Shown: piece by piece, positions 30,871 through 40,160 of the stretch
How the letters are laid out: each line of letters begins with the position of its first letter
Numbering within the stretch: the first letter of the stretch is position 1
Virus record (IMG/VR): IMGVR_UViG_3300021061_000011
Coordinates: 1 to 43,464 of that record
Length of the DNA stretch: 43,464 nucleotides
Reading direction: 5' to 3' (one strand)
Origin: a virus
Made by a program: the position numbers and the translations under genes
Notes under the pieces: generated by a model
Database searches by the model: none
What the model saw: the letters and a program-made list of their open reading frames with translations, nothing else
What the model was told of the DNA's origin: nothing

Positions 30871-31053
30871 TCAGCACCGCTCGGTGTGAGGAGCGCGGGG
30901 CGGCGTCGGAGCGGTAATCCAGTCGGGCGGGCGCGCGTCGCCCTGCGGCCCGCGGAACGGCGGCCGCGCCTGCACTTCTTCGGCGTGAATCGTGCGCCAG
31001 ATCACTTCGGCATCCATCATGGCGGGCTCCTGCGGCGCGTGGCTCGGTGTCAT
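30871..31053 (-). CDS. 60-aa Pro-rich hypothetical protein between endolysin and sigma factor
   Basis: ATGA overlap with the endolysin stop. Translation MTPSHAPQEPAMMDAEVIWRTIHAEEVQARPPFRG... Confidence 0.5.
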   Translation of the reverse strand: MTPSHAPQEPAMMDAEVIWRTIHAEEVQARPPFRGPQGDARPPDWITAPTPPRAPHTERC

Positions 31054-31457
31054 ACCCGGTCCGCGCTCAGCGTCAATTCCACATGCGGGCGATCGGGCGT
31101 ACGCCAATCCCCGCCCCACGTCAGCCCCTCGAGCCGCGCGAGCTGCCCGTAGCGGCTCCACGGATGGTGTTCCCCGAAGGGCTCCGGTCCGAGAAAACAG
31201 CAGTCCACGGCTCTCCCTGATTGATGGTTCGACTTCTTGTGGATGCCGTCGGCGTACGTGACGCGCCTGCCGGGGAGCGTGCGGCCCTGCGCCCAGAGTC
31301 GCGCCTGTTCGGCCGCAGTGCGAAGCCCCGAGCAGATCCGCATCGGATGGCCTTCGGCCGCCATCTGGGCCAGAATCCGATCCACCCTGGCGAGCAGATC
31401 AGGATCGAGGCCCGCTCTCAGATCCTTCACTTCGGTTTCCGCGTCACGGCCGACCAC
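31050..31457 (-). CDS. Endolysin, peptidase M15 (VanY / L-Ala-D-Glu peptidase type)
   Basis: CSGLRTAAEQARLW, SNHQSGRAVD, WGGDW..DRPHVE. The likely start is GTG 31430 (GTGA overlap). Confidence 0.85.
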   Translation of the reverse strand: MVGRDAETEVKDLRAGLDPDLLARVDRILAQMAAEGHPMRICSGLRTAAEQARLWAQGRTLPGRRVTYADGIHKKSNHQSGRAVDCCFLGPEPFGEHHPWSRYGQLARLEGLTWGGDWRTPDRPHVELTLSADRV

Positions 31458-31519
31458 GTCATGGTGACGATCGCGTAGAGCGCCGAGCCGATCCCGACCG
31501 CCAGATCCTTCGCGTTCAT
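31427..31519 (-). CDS. 30-aa membrane mini-protein in the lysis cassette
   Basis: MNAKDLAVGIGSALYAIVTMTWSAVTRKPK. ATGA overlap with the upstream gene. Confidence 0.45.
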   Translation of the reverse strand: MNAKDLAVGIGSALYAIVTMTWSAVTRKPK

Positions 31520-31782
31520 TTCTTGAACGTGGGGGTCTGCGCGATCTGCTTCACGGTCTCCAGCGAGACGCCGGCCGGGAGTTCCATCGCCGTCTGCAGC
31601 AGCTTGTCCCGCCGCTGCTTCTCGACCACGGACCACCCCACCGATACGAGCGCCAGCACCGCCGGCAGGAGCGCATTGACCAGCGTGCCCTGTTCGTCGG
31701 GGTGCAAATACCCGTGTGTCACCAGGAGCCCCGCCAGCGCGTTCAGCGCGGCCCGAATGAGGGTGCCGAGAATCGGATTCAT
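31516..31782 (-). CDS. Holin-like protein (two TM helices, charged C-terminus)
   Basis: ILGTLIRAALNALAGLLV and LVNALLPAVLALVSVGWSVV, then EKQRRDK. It lies immediately upstream of the endolysin. Confidence 0.65.
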   Translation of the reverse strand: MNPILGTLIRAALNALAGLLVTHGYLHPDEQGTLVNALLPAVLALVSVGWSVVEKQRRDKLLQTAMELPAGVSLETVKQIAQTPTFKK

Positions 31783-32411
31783 GGAAGCCTCGTGAGCGTG
31801 ATCGCAAAGTGGACGGTGCCGAGAATCGGAATCCGCATCGAGCCGACCCCGGCAAACTTCAACCCCTCGACCGACTTCCCGACCGCCTCAATCTGCTGGC
31901 CGAGCATCGTGATCCCGGTGGTCTGCTCCTGCCGTAGATCGGCGATCGCATGGAGGACCGGCGAGAGATCCGGCGGGATGGGCATCGGGGGCGGAGTGGG
32001 ATCGGGAACAGGCTGCGAACCGTCGCACGGCCCAGGCGCATAGGGAGCCGCGCCGTCCATCGCGCCGCGATCGACCCACGCATAGACGAGGCCCTCCGGA
32101 TCAGGGTCCGCACCAGAGACGCGACGCAACAAGAGGATTTGCCGCGTGTAGTAGCCGTTGCCATCGGGTCCATTCGTCGGCAAGTGAATCACCCCGCGCA
32201 CGTCGCCGATGGCCCCCTTCATCAGCGTGATTCCGTGGAACCCGTTCGCGTAGTTCGGCCGATCGCCAGGCTCCTGCTGGCTCGTCGGCATGCCCGCACG
32301 GTTGAACACGGCCGCGAAGTTCCGCGCATCCTGTCCAGGCCGCACGCCGAACAGTGTCCAGATGTACTCCTCGACGTTTTCGAGCATCCCGTTCACACAT
32401 CCCGCCGTCAT
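31779..32411 (-). CDS. 210-aa hypothetical protein
   Basis: Protein-like, with a Pro-rich linker (PVPDPTPPPMPIPPD). It sits between the two holin-like genes. Confidence 0.7.
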   Translation of the reverse strand: MTAGCVNGMLENVEEYIWTLFGVRPGQDARNFAAVFNRAGMPTSQQEPGDRPNYANGFHGITLMKGAIGDVRGVIHLPTNGPDGNGYYTRQILLLRRVSGADPDPEGLVYAWVDRGAMDGAAPYAPGPCDGSQPVPDPTPPPMPIPPDLSPVLHAIADLRQEQTTGITMLGQQIEAVGKSVEGLKFAGVGSMRIPILGTVHFAITLTRLP

Positions 32412-32427
32412 CGTGTCTCCCCTTCCG

Positions 32428-32679
32428 TCATGGCCGCCGCGTCTCGCTATCCAGCCGTCGGTGCAAGGCTTCGATCACCGTGACCAGCTTCGTCATGCTG
32501 GCGGTGTTGTCCTGAATCACCCGAGCGAGGATGTCGGCTTGCCCCTTCCACATCTCCGTGTAGATGCGGACATCCTTCCGGTAGAACACGAACATGAACG
32601 CCGCGAGCACCCCGCCGACGCCCAGGGTGGCCAGCCATTTCACAAATTCCGCATCCACCACAAGCTCCTGTCCCTGCAT
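32428..32679 (-). CDS. 83-aa single-TM holin-like/membrane protein
   Basis: WLATLGVGGVLAAFMFVFY TM helix followed by a helical C-terminus. Confidence 0.6.
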   Translation of the reverse strand: MQGQELVVDAEFVKWLATLGVGGVLAAFMFVFYRKDVRIYTEMWKGQADILARVIQDNTASMTKLVTVIEALHRRLDSETRRP

Positions 32680-32814
32680 GGCCGGTCGCCCTCTGTTCGG
32701 TTTGCCTCTCGCGACCGATTCCTTAGATCAAGCAGGATGGCCGCAGCCTTCGCACTGCGTCTGTCATGCCCAGGTCGGCGGGTTCTGTTGCCACAGGCCC
32801 GCCGGCCGCCTCGT

Positions 32815-33975
32815 CTACCCGTCGATTTCGCCCGTAATCCCCGCCTGCAACGTCTGGCCGCCGTCGTCCCCGTACCAGGTCGTCGTCCCGCCCACCGTGA
32901 TCGAGCGTTCCAGCGCCGTGAGGTAGTGGTACCCAATCCCCGGAAAGATCCGTAGGCTGGCCCGCGGACTCGCTATCTGCGCCGCCGCCCCCGACGTGCC
33001 CCGCATCCCGAGCACGCCGGTTGCCGGGGTGGTGGCGCTGTCCAGCCCGATCGACACCGCCGCACTCATCGCGTTCAGATCATTCGCGGCAAATCCCGCA
33101 CACTCTGCCGTGACGGGCACGCCGACCACCCCGATCACGACCGCCACCTGATTTGCCGTGGAGCCGTTGAACTGCCGATAGGTATCCGTGGTGTAGGTCC
33201 AGCCGTTCGTGGCCTCGATCACGCGCATCGGCCTGGGGACGCGGTTGTAGTAGTTCCACACGAAGCGGTGCGCCAGCGAGTCCTCCCCACGGCCGGCGAC
33301 GCTCGTGATCCGAATGGTGCCCAGATACCGCTTCGTCGAGTCGTCGCCCTTCACCAGTACGCCATCGTGGTTGTCCAAGGCCGTCGCCCGCGCGGTGGCA
33401 CTCGCCCACGCCACGACGGACAGCGCCACCTGATCCCCGCTCGCCCCGGCGAACACGTCGTAATTCGTATTGGCGAGGAGCGCCGTGAGGTCCTGTGAGA
33501 GTTCCGAAAAGCTATGGAGCAACCATCCCATCGTCACCGAGTCGTACAGGGCAATCGCATTCCCGCCGTACGGCGTGAAGTACAGCGTTTGCGCGGAGGT
33601 GCGATCGGTCGCGGGCACGGCGACGCCGGCTTCCAGCGTCAACCGGCCTTGCACGATGCCGTTGTCGCTCGTCGGCGTCGCGGCCAGACCCACGGCGTTG
33701 ATGTTGTCCACCGTGCGGATCAAGGCGCCGTCTTCGTCGTAGATCTTGAACTTGTAGCTGTTCCCCGGCTGGAGATAGATCCGCCCGAACCCGGAGCCGT
33801 CGAGGACGATCGGGTTGCTATTCAGGTTCGCGTCGATCAGGTCCGCTTGGGACCACGTCTCGGCCGGCGTGGTGGTACCCGCCTCGAACGTCTCGACCTG
33901 TCCGTTCTCGAGCGGGTCGCCGTTCTCGTTCAGAAACTGCTGGTAGAGCCAGGGCGCCAAAGTGCCAGTCGGCAT
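32815..33975 (-). CDS. Tail fibre / tail protein
   Basis: The N-terminus FLNENGDPLENGQVETFEAGTTTPAETWSQADL..NSNPIVLDGSG matches the common podovirus tail-fibre N-terminal pattern. Confidence 0.7.
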   Translation of the reverse strand: MPTGTLAPWLYQQFLNENGDPLENGQVETFEAGTTTPAETWSQADLIDANLNSNPIVLDGSGFGRIYLQPGNSYKFKIYDEDGALIRTVDNINAVGLAATPTSDNGIVQGRLTLEAGVAVPATDRTSAQTLYFTPYGGNAIALYDSVTMGWLLHSFSELSQDLTALLANTNYDVFAGASGDQVALSVVAWASATARATALDNHDGVLVKGDDSTKRYLGTIRITSVAGRGEDSLAHRFVWNYYNRVPRPMRVIEATNGWTYTTDTYRQFNGSTANQVAVVIGVVGVPVTAECAGFAANDLNAMSAAVSIGLDSATTPATGVLGMRGTSGAAAQIASPRASLRIFPGIGYHYLTALERSITVGGTTTWYGDDGGQTLQAGITGEIDG

Positions 33976-35154
33976 CTAGTCCCACTTTCCGGTTTCGTTG
34001 CGGCGTCGGATGCGGGTCGCCGCCTGCTCAGGCGTCAGCGATCCGGTCCGTTTGGTCAGTTCCCGCGATTGGAGGATCCGCAGTAAGATTTCTTCAGGGG
34101 GGACGCCTTGATCCATCCACTTGACCCCTTGGATTTGCTCGGCCGGTGACAGCTTCAGATCGTCCAGCGTCGCGATCTCTGCGGCTGGCGTGGTCGCGGC
34201 CGTCGTCTTCGGTCCTTTCACCCGCGCCTGAATCGCCTGCTTCGACGTCGGTGCGGGCGTCGCCGCTGGCGGAGCCGCAGCCTGCTGCGGCGGCCGCTTC
34301 CGACGCGCCTGCATCGCCGCAATCGCCGCATCTGACTTCAGGCCGAGTGCCCGATCGTGGTGGAGCGCATCCAGACGCGTCCCCATCGCATCAAAGGGCG
34401 GCTCGGGGGCCGGCGTCGGCGGCATGGCGCGCGGCGGTGCGGCAACTGGCGCGGGAGCAGCCGGCGCTGACGGGGGCGCTGTTGCAACTGGTGGAGGCGT
34501 GGCTGCGGGCGCACGGGCCGCGCGGATCGCTTCGACCGCCTTCTGCACCTCCCGAGCGCCTTTGACCGTCGTCCCGATGATCGGCATCTCGCCGAGATCC
34601 ACCGTCTTCGCCACCGCTGTGGCGGTTTTCGCGGCGTTGACACCAGACCGCTTGACCTGTTGCAACCGCGCGCCGAGCTGCGGCGCGAGCCGTCCCAGTG
34701 CCGCGCCCGTAATGACCCCCCCGATCAGTTCTCCTGCGCCTTCGGGACTCTTCGCGTACGCCGCAAACTCGCGGGGACTCGGCCGCGCCGCCTCCTGCGC
34801 CAGCCGGGTCGCGTGCTCGTCTTCGAGCGACAGATCCGCCAGACGGCGCTTCTCCATCGCCGCATTCAGGTACGTCCGTGGATCGAGGACGGTGGTCGCG
34901 CCGCGCACGAATCCCTGACGGAACCGCTGCGAGGGACTGGGGCCAGCGGTCTGCATGGCGGGATCGGCGTTATAGTCCTCGAAGGACTGTGGCTGCCCGT
35001 TGACCATCACGCCGACGGCCTGCGTCATGGGGAAGTCGTCGTACTCGCCGGGGTACTTCTGGAGCACGCGCTGCTCGAGTTCCGCGTCGGGGATGTCGTC
35101 GTAGACGCCGGGGTATTTCGCCTTGATCGTCTGGGCGAGGGTGGCCTGCGGCAT
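33976..35154 (-). CDS. 392-aa internal virion / ejection-type protein (by position)
   Basis: Duplicated KYPG(V/E)YDD(I/F)P motif. Ala/Pro-rich low-complexity centre. Confidence 0.6.
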   Translation of the reverse strand: MPQATLAQTIKAKYPGVYDDIPDAELEQRVLQKYPGEYDDFPMTQAVGVMVNGQPQSFEDYNADPAMQTAGPSPSQRFRQGFVRGATTVLDPRTYLNAAMEKRRLADLSLEDEHATRLAQEAARPSPREFAAYAKSPEGAGELIGGVITGAALGRLAPQLGARLQQVKRSGVNAAKTATAVAKTVDLGEMPIIGTTVKGAREVQKAVEAIRAARAPAATPPPVATAPPSAPAAPAPVAAPPRAMPPTPAPEPPFDAMGTRLDALHHDRALGLKSDAAIAAMQARRKRPPQQAAAPPAATPAPTSKQAIQARVKGPKTTAATTPAAEIATLDDLKLSPAEQIQGVKWMDQGVPPEEILLRILQSRELTKRTGSLTPEQAATRIRRRNETGKWD

Positions 35155-36338
35155 CAGCGAATCCCCAACGGGTCGGTTCTGGTCCCCGTCTTCGGCGCCG
35201 TGGGATCACGCTCCGTCGATTCGATGTCGCTCAGGATGCTCTTGAGGCGCGCGATTTTCCGGTCACGCAGCGACTTGGAATCGCCCGGCTTCGGAAACCC
35301 GTCCTTCACGCTCTGGACATCCATTTCGGTCAACACGCCCGTGTGGCCGAGCGCCCGCGCCACCATCGGTGTCCACATGCTGATAATCGACTGGTATTCC
35401 GCCACGTCGTCGTCGTAGTTCGCTTGCGCTGCGATCTTTTCGGCTTCGCCTCGCATCTTGGCGATCAGCCCCGACGCGGTGTTGATCTTCTCCGACAGTT
35501 CCTCGATGGCCTTCAGCGCCGGGGCGGCTTTGTCGAACTTCCGCGCGTCGGCACGCTCTGAGGCCGCGAGCGGGGCACCCACGGGTTTCCCATCCGCGCC
35601 GAGCAGCGGCGACACCCGCCCCGTCGTCCTGTCGAGCAACTGCGGCCCGGTGGCGGTCTGGACGACCGTGGGGGCCGGCGGTTGCGGCGGGGTGACCACG
35701 CGCGGATTCTGAAAGACCGGCTGTTTCGTGACCGGATCGAACACGGCCCCGCCCGCACCGACGTTCATCAGCCCTTGCGGCTTCTCGGGTTCCGCCACGG
35801 CCGCTTTCAGGCTCTTGATGATGCCGGCCAGCGACGCCGGGTTCTGCTGGATCTGCTGCTCGATCTCATCGACGCCGTCGATCTCGAGCTTGCGCGCTTC
35901 CTGAATCGCCAACATCGCCGCGCCCATCCCGCCATCGGGATCACCCAGAAACGGCTCGACCTTCGACGCGAGATACGCGAGGTAGTTCGCCTCTTCGAGC
36001 TTGGCTTGTATCCTGGCTTGCTTCGTCCGCGCGCCGAGCTGATCCGCCTCTTTGAACCACTTCTCAACCTCGAATACCCGTGGATCGCCCTGCTCGCGCA
36101 TCATCCGCAAGGTGTCCTCGCGCGTCGGCGCCTTGATCGCGGTCCGCATCGCCTCGTCGTCGCGACGCTGGCGCTCGGCCTCGGCCTGCTTCAGTGAGAA
36201 GTCCTGTCGGCGCATCGCCCAGTCTTCGGCGGCCCGCTCCTCCTGCAGGGCCAGCCGTCGCTGGTTCTCGGCGCGATCGAGCATCGCGCCCACATCGATG
36301 TAGTCGGGGAGCGGAATCGACAAAGGGATCTGTGACAT
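35154..36338 (-). CDS. 394-aa internal virion / ejection-type protein (by position)
   Basis: Long charged helical regions. 1-nt overlaps on both sides. Confidence 0.6.
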   Translation of the reverse strand: MSQIPLSIPLPDYIDVGAMLDRAENQRRLALQEERAAEDWAMRRQDFSLKQAEAERQRRDDEAMRTAIKAPTREDTLRMMREQGDPRVFEVEKWFKEADQLGARTKQARIQAKLEEANYLAYLASKVEPFLGDPDGGMGAAMLAIQEARKLEIDGVDEIEQQIQQNPASLAGIIKSLKAAVAEPEKPQGLMNVGAGGAVFDPVTKQPVFQNPRVVTPPQPPAPTVVQTATGPQLLDRTTGRVSPLLGADGKPVGAPLAASERADARKFDKAAPALKAIEELSEKINTASGLIAKMRGEAEKIAAQANYDDDVAEYQSIISMWTPMVARALGHTGVLTEMDVQSVKDGFPKPGDSKSLRDRKIARLKSILSDIESTERDPTAPKTGTRTDPLGIR

Positions 36339-37639
36339 TAGAAGGGCCCGCCCGTATAGCCAGGGATGCGTGGCTGATAGCTGCTGCCGTACCGACGACG
36401 ACTCAGGTAGTCAGAGGCGGCCCGGCTCGCGTTGCTCAGCCCCGCGCCGTATTGCGCGCCACTCGCTGCCTGACCCGCCGCTCGCGCCGCGGCGGCCCGA
36501 CTGCGGCTCTCGTTCGCCGGCGTCGGATCCGGGCTCGCCATGTAGTTCTCCCACCACCGATCCTCCGCGTCCCACCGCAACCGCTCGGCATCGAGGCCCA
36601 AGCGTGCCAGATCGAGCGCGCGGCCCAGGTCGTCGCTGTAGACGCCGTAGTTGAACCCTTCCGACGCCATCGCCCGATTGAAGTCGTCCTGATACTTCCC
36701 GTACCGCATCCCGTACTCTGACAACCGCTGATCCTGGCGATCGAGATACGCCTCGCGGTCCATCGAGTAGTCGTTCAACGCTTCCCCAAGGCGTCGGCCG
36801 TAAATCTTGTCGCCCTCTTCGCTGGCAATCGCCTGCGACTCCCGCGTCAGGGCCATCAATGTGCCCTTGCCGATCAGCGTGCCTTTTGCGGCGGCCGAGC
36901 GTTCAATCGCCTTCTGCGCGGCGGCGATGCGCTGCTGGTAGACCGGATCGGCTTCGATCTCCTGCTGTCCCGGCGGGGTGAATGAGAAATCCCGCGTCCA
37001 CGGCTCGAACTCGAACGGCGCCTCATCGAACTCGCGGAAGCTGAACGTGCGGTAGGAATCCTCGCCCTCAGCCCCACCGACCGGCCCGGTGTCGTAGGAC
37101 GCCTTGCCCCAGTTGAACCCGTTGCGCCACGGGTCCCAGTCGTACCCGGACATGCCCGGCAGCATGAACCGGCCACGAAACGCGCCCGTCCCCGAACTCC
37201 CGCGCTGGAGCTTGACGCCCCACTTCTCGAAGTGCTTCTCGAACCGCTTCCAGTCGTTCTCCCAGTCATTCGGATCGATCTGCCGAATGACATCGAGAAA
37301 CGCGTCCATCGACCAGGGTGGGATGTCGGCGGTGTCCGACCCCGGTGGCGGCCCCTCGATCGGATCCTGCGGCGGCGGCAGGTCCTCGGGCGGTGTCGGG
37401 TTCTGCGGGCGCTGCTTCTCGCGTTCCTGCTCCCGCCGCTGCCGCTCCCGCTGCTGGCGCTGCAGTTCCTGCCCTTCCTTCTTCGGGTCGCGCGCCTTGT
37501 CCGTCTTGACGATCTTGCCGGTCTTCGGATCGCGCGTGTACGCCGGAATGTCCGCCGTCGGCGGGACACTGCCCGGCGGCCGCGGGCGTGCCCGGCGCGG
37601 GTCGATCGGATTGCCGTTGTTGTCGAGATACTGTGGCAT
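36338..37639 (-). CDS. 433-aa internal virion / ejection-type protein (by position)
   Basis: Arg/Gln/Glu/Pro-rich N-terminal third, then a Trp/Gly-rich domain. Confidence 0.6.
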   Translation of the reverse strand: MPQYLDNNGNPIDPRRARPRPPGSVPPTADIPAYTRDPKTGKIVKTDKARDPKKEGQELQRQQRERQRREQEREKQRPQNPTPPEDLPPPQDPIEGPPPGSDTADIPPWSMDAFLDVIRQIDPNDWENDWKRFEKHFEKWGVKLQRGSSGTGAFRGRFMLPGMSGYDWDPWRNGFNWGKASYDTGPVGGAEGEDSYRTFSFREFDEAPFEFEPWTRDFSFTPPGQQEIEADPVYQQRIAAAQKAIERSAAAKGTLIGKGTLMALTRESQAIASEEGDKIYGRRLGEALNDYSMDREAYLDRQDQRLSEYGMRYGKYQDDFNRAMASEGFNYGVYSDDLGRALDLARLGLDAERLRWDAEDRWWENYMASPDPTPANESRSRAAAARAAGQAASGAQYGAGLSNASRAASDYLSRRRYGSSYQPRIPGYTGGPF

Positions 37640-37640
37640 C

Positions 37641-38087
37641 TCAGTTCACCGCCACCCAGCCCTGCCCATCCCACCGGCCGACGCGCTGATTCGGAAACAC
37701 CTTTGTCTCCCCGATGCGGGGACCACTCGCGCCGCGGCGCGTCCGCTGCAGGTACGAAGACGACGGGGCCGTGGTCGGGAACAACTCGTCCATCTCCCGA
37801 TCGTCAAACGTCGGAAAGGGCGTCGAGGGCCGCGCGGTCGGCGCGACGCCCAGCTTTCGCAAGCCCTGATCACCCAAGGCGTCGAAGTCGCTGTAGCGGT
37901 TCTGGAACTCCGGCGCGCGGTCGCGCATCTTGTTCATGCGGTACCGCTGCATCCGCTCTAACGCGGCGATGTTCTGCTGTTCCGCGTCCGCTTGTGTCTT
38001 GGCGGCCTTGCTCGCGGCCCGCGCGTTGATCGCGGCAGCCCCGATCGATCCCGCGGCGGCCACGGCTACCATCGCTACGGCTGGCAT
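37641..38087 (-). CDS. 148-aa virion-module protein with hydrophobic N-terminus
   Basis: MPAVAMVAVAAAGSIGAAAINA... Confidence 0.6.
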   Translation of the reverse strand: MPAVAMVAVAAAGSIGAAAINARAASKAAKTQADAEQQNIAALERMQRYRMNKMRDRAPEFQNRYSDFDALGDQGLRKLGVAPTARPSTPFPTFDDREMDELFPTTAPSSSYLQRTRRGASGPRIGETKVFPNQRVGRWDGQGWVAVN

Positions 38088-38455
38088 CGGATCCCCTCCA
38101 CCGGCATCAGACAGAGTGCGCCGGGGACCGTCGTTCCGCCGGCCGTCTCGACGAGAGCCGCAATTGCCGGATCCGCGGCCTGCGTCAACACCATCCGCGC
38201 GCCTTCATCTTTCGCGGCCCGCATCACCGTGGAGTACAGCCGACGCCCGACGGCGGCTTTCCCGCGGTGCTCGGGGTGAATCCACAACCCTTCGACATGC
38301 ACACAGGTCGTCAGCGACCAGCAACCCAGAATCTCGCCCTCGTGTTCCACGACGCACACTTTCGTGTGCTCCGGATTCAAGATGGCCCACACTTCGCCGA
38401 GTTCCGTCCCGGCCAACTTGTGCCACTCCGACGGCGGCAGCCAGCGCACGGTCAT
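38075..38455 (-). CDS. GNAT-family N-acetyltransferase
   Basis: MTVRWLPPSEW...VVEHEGEILGCWSL..VEGLWIHPEHRGKAAVGRRLYSTVMRAAKDEGARMV (motif A). ATGA overlap with the upstream gene. Confidence 0.7.
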   Translation of the reverse strand: MTVRWLPPSEWHKLAGTELGEVWAILNPEHTKVCVVEHEGEILGCWSLTTCVHVEGLWIHPEHRGKAAVGRRLYSTVMRAAKDEGARMVLTQAADPAIAALVETAGGTTVPGALCLMPVEGIRCQP

Positions 38456-38709
38456 TTGAGTACCCATCCTGTCGAGGGCGTGGGCTCCGTCTCTTTCACC
38501 CACAGCCCGCCCGTCGTATCGATGTAGAGCGTGCCCAGCGCCGCGCTGACGTTGCCGTTCGGATCGCCAGACCCGCTCGTGACAAACCGGATCCCGGCAC
38601 TCTTCACCACCGCTTCGAGCAACCGAAACCAGAGCCGCGTGAAGACCGACCCCGAGAGCACCAGCGTTTCCGCGCTCAGCATCTGCACCGGCGTGAACTT
38701 GGTGGCCAT
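38452..38709 (-). CDS. 85-aa hypothetical tail-module protein
   Basis: MATKFTPVQML...GSGDPNGNVSAALGTLYIDTTGGLWVKE. Confidence 0.6.
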   Translation of the reverse strand: MATKFTPVQMLSAETLVLSGSVFTRLWFRLLEAVVKSAGIRFVTSGSGDPNGNVSAALGTLYIDTTGGLWVKETEPTPSTGWVLK

Positions 38710-40160
38710 CAATGCACCCCCGGCAGCGCGTCGAAGTACGCATTCGCAATCCGCCACGGGATCGCGTCTGACACGCTGAACTCGTAGAGCCGGTTCCGCC
38801 CAGAGCCGAGCATCTGGAATTTCATGTGCACGCCGTACTGCCCCAACCGCCCCGCCGAGGCCGCGCGTTCATTGCTCCACGTCTTCCCGCCGTCATTCGA
38901 CCAGCGCAACATCCCTTGCGGGGTCTGCGCGGGAAAGACGGGATTGCCCAACCCGACCTCCAGATCGATTTGGAGCTTGGGAAACCGGATCGACTTCAGC
39001 TCATTCACCGCGTAGGGCGTGCGCCGCACGCGCCGAATCACCGCGCCGTCCATGCCCGTCGTATGCGCGATGTCCATGTCGTAGATCACGCCGGACTGCC
39101 GGTCCTGCACCAGGTGCTTGCCGAACGCGAAGATGTGCGACGCGACCCGATACGCCGTGAACCGCATCAACGAGGAGGACCAATCCCCGCGCTCATGCCA
39201 GGAGGCCGTGGCCGCATCCCAGACCCATGTTCTCCCCTCGGTCGGAAAGCTCAGGATGAAGAACTCGTGCCCCTGGTCCTGATACGTGACGGCCTGCGCG
39301 TCGCTCGTCGTCTCGTACCCTTGAATGGCGAACTCGACCCCGTGATCGGAAATCCGCTGCGGCGATCCGCCCGTGCCCGTGGCCCGGTAGACCACCCCGT
39401 TGCCGCGCGCCGACTGCCCGAACCAGACGGGCGTGTTGTCGCAGATGTCACACGCGAACGTCGCCCCGATCCCCGTCGAGAAGAACGCGCCCTGGATCGG
39501 CTGAAACGGCTGATCCGCGTCGCCCGTGTTCACATAGACATCCGACGTCTGCTGCCCAAAGAGCCAGATTTCGCCGTCTTTGATCAGCATCCCGCGCCAG
39601 CGGTCGCCCGACGTATTCCGCTGCGTCACATCGGACGCATTCCACGACGTCCCATCGAGCAGATCCGACCACTTCAGTGTGGAGGTCGGCACATCGAGCA
39701 CCAGAAAAAACCCGTCCACGTAGCCGCACACGGTGCCTGTCAGCGGATCGCCCGCGGAATCGTTCACCTGCGCGAACGCGTGGGAGTCCAGGTCGAAGCA
39801 GTAGACCAACCCGCCCGACGTGATCAGCACCTGGTGCCCGGCGAGCCCATTGGTCGCCAGCGTGGCCGGATTCGTGTCCTGCTGCACCGTCCCCCGCAGC
39901 ACGGTCGTCTCGTCGCTCTGGAGTTCGTAGAACCCCGTGCCCGAGACGCAGAAGGCGCGGCCGTTGACTTCGATGGCCCCTCGGCCAGACGGCTGCGCCG
40001 TGGACGCGAACGCCTCAAAGCCCGGACACGGATAGAACGCCATCGGGGTTTTGGCCCCTTCACTCTCCGACGCTTCGAGGTACCAGTTGATCAGCGCCTC
40101 GGCATCGACGTTCAGCGATTGCGACGTGTACGCCCGCCCGATGAAGTTGGGGTAAATCAT
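38709..40160 (-). CDS. Tail hub / DNA-stabilisation protein, P22 gp10-like
   Basis: 483 aa from MIYPNFIGRAYTSQSL (ATGA overlap). Length, position and end patterns resemble gp10. The N-terminal 102 codons of the ORF are not protein-like. Confidence 0.6.
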   Translation of the reverse strand: MIYPNFIGRAYTSQSLNVDAEALINWYLEASESEGAKTPMAFYPCPGFEAFASTAQPSGRGAIEVNGRAFCVSGTGFYELQSDETTVLRGTVQQDTNPATLATNGLAGHQVLITSGGLVYCFDLDSHAFAQVNDSAGDPLTGTVCGYVDGFFLVLDVPTSTLKWSDLLDGTSWNASDVTQRNTSGDRWRGMLIKDGEIWLFGQQTSDVYVNTGDADQPFQPIQGAFFSTGIGATFACDICDNTPVWFGQSARGNGVVYRATGTGGSPQRISDHGVEFAIQGYETTSDAQAVTYQDQGHEFFILSFPTEGRTWVWDAATASWHERGDWSSSLMRFTAYRVASHIFAFGKHLVQDRQSGVIYDMDIAHTTGMDGAVIRRVRRTPYAVNELKSIRFPKLQIDLEVGLGNPVFPAQTPQGMLRWSNDGGKTWSNERAASAGRLGQYGVHMKFQMLGSGRNRLYEFSVSDAIPWRIANAYFDALPGVH

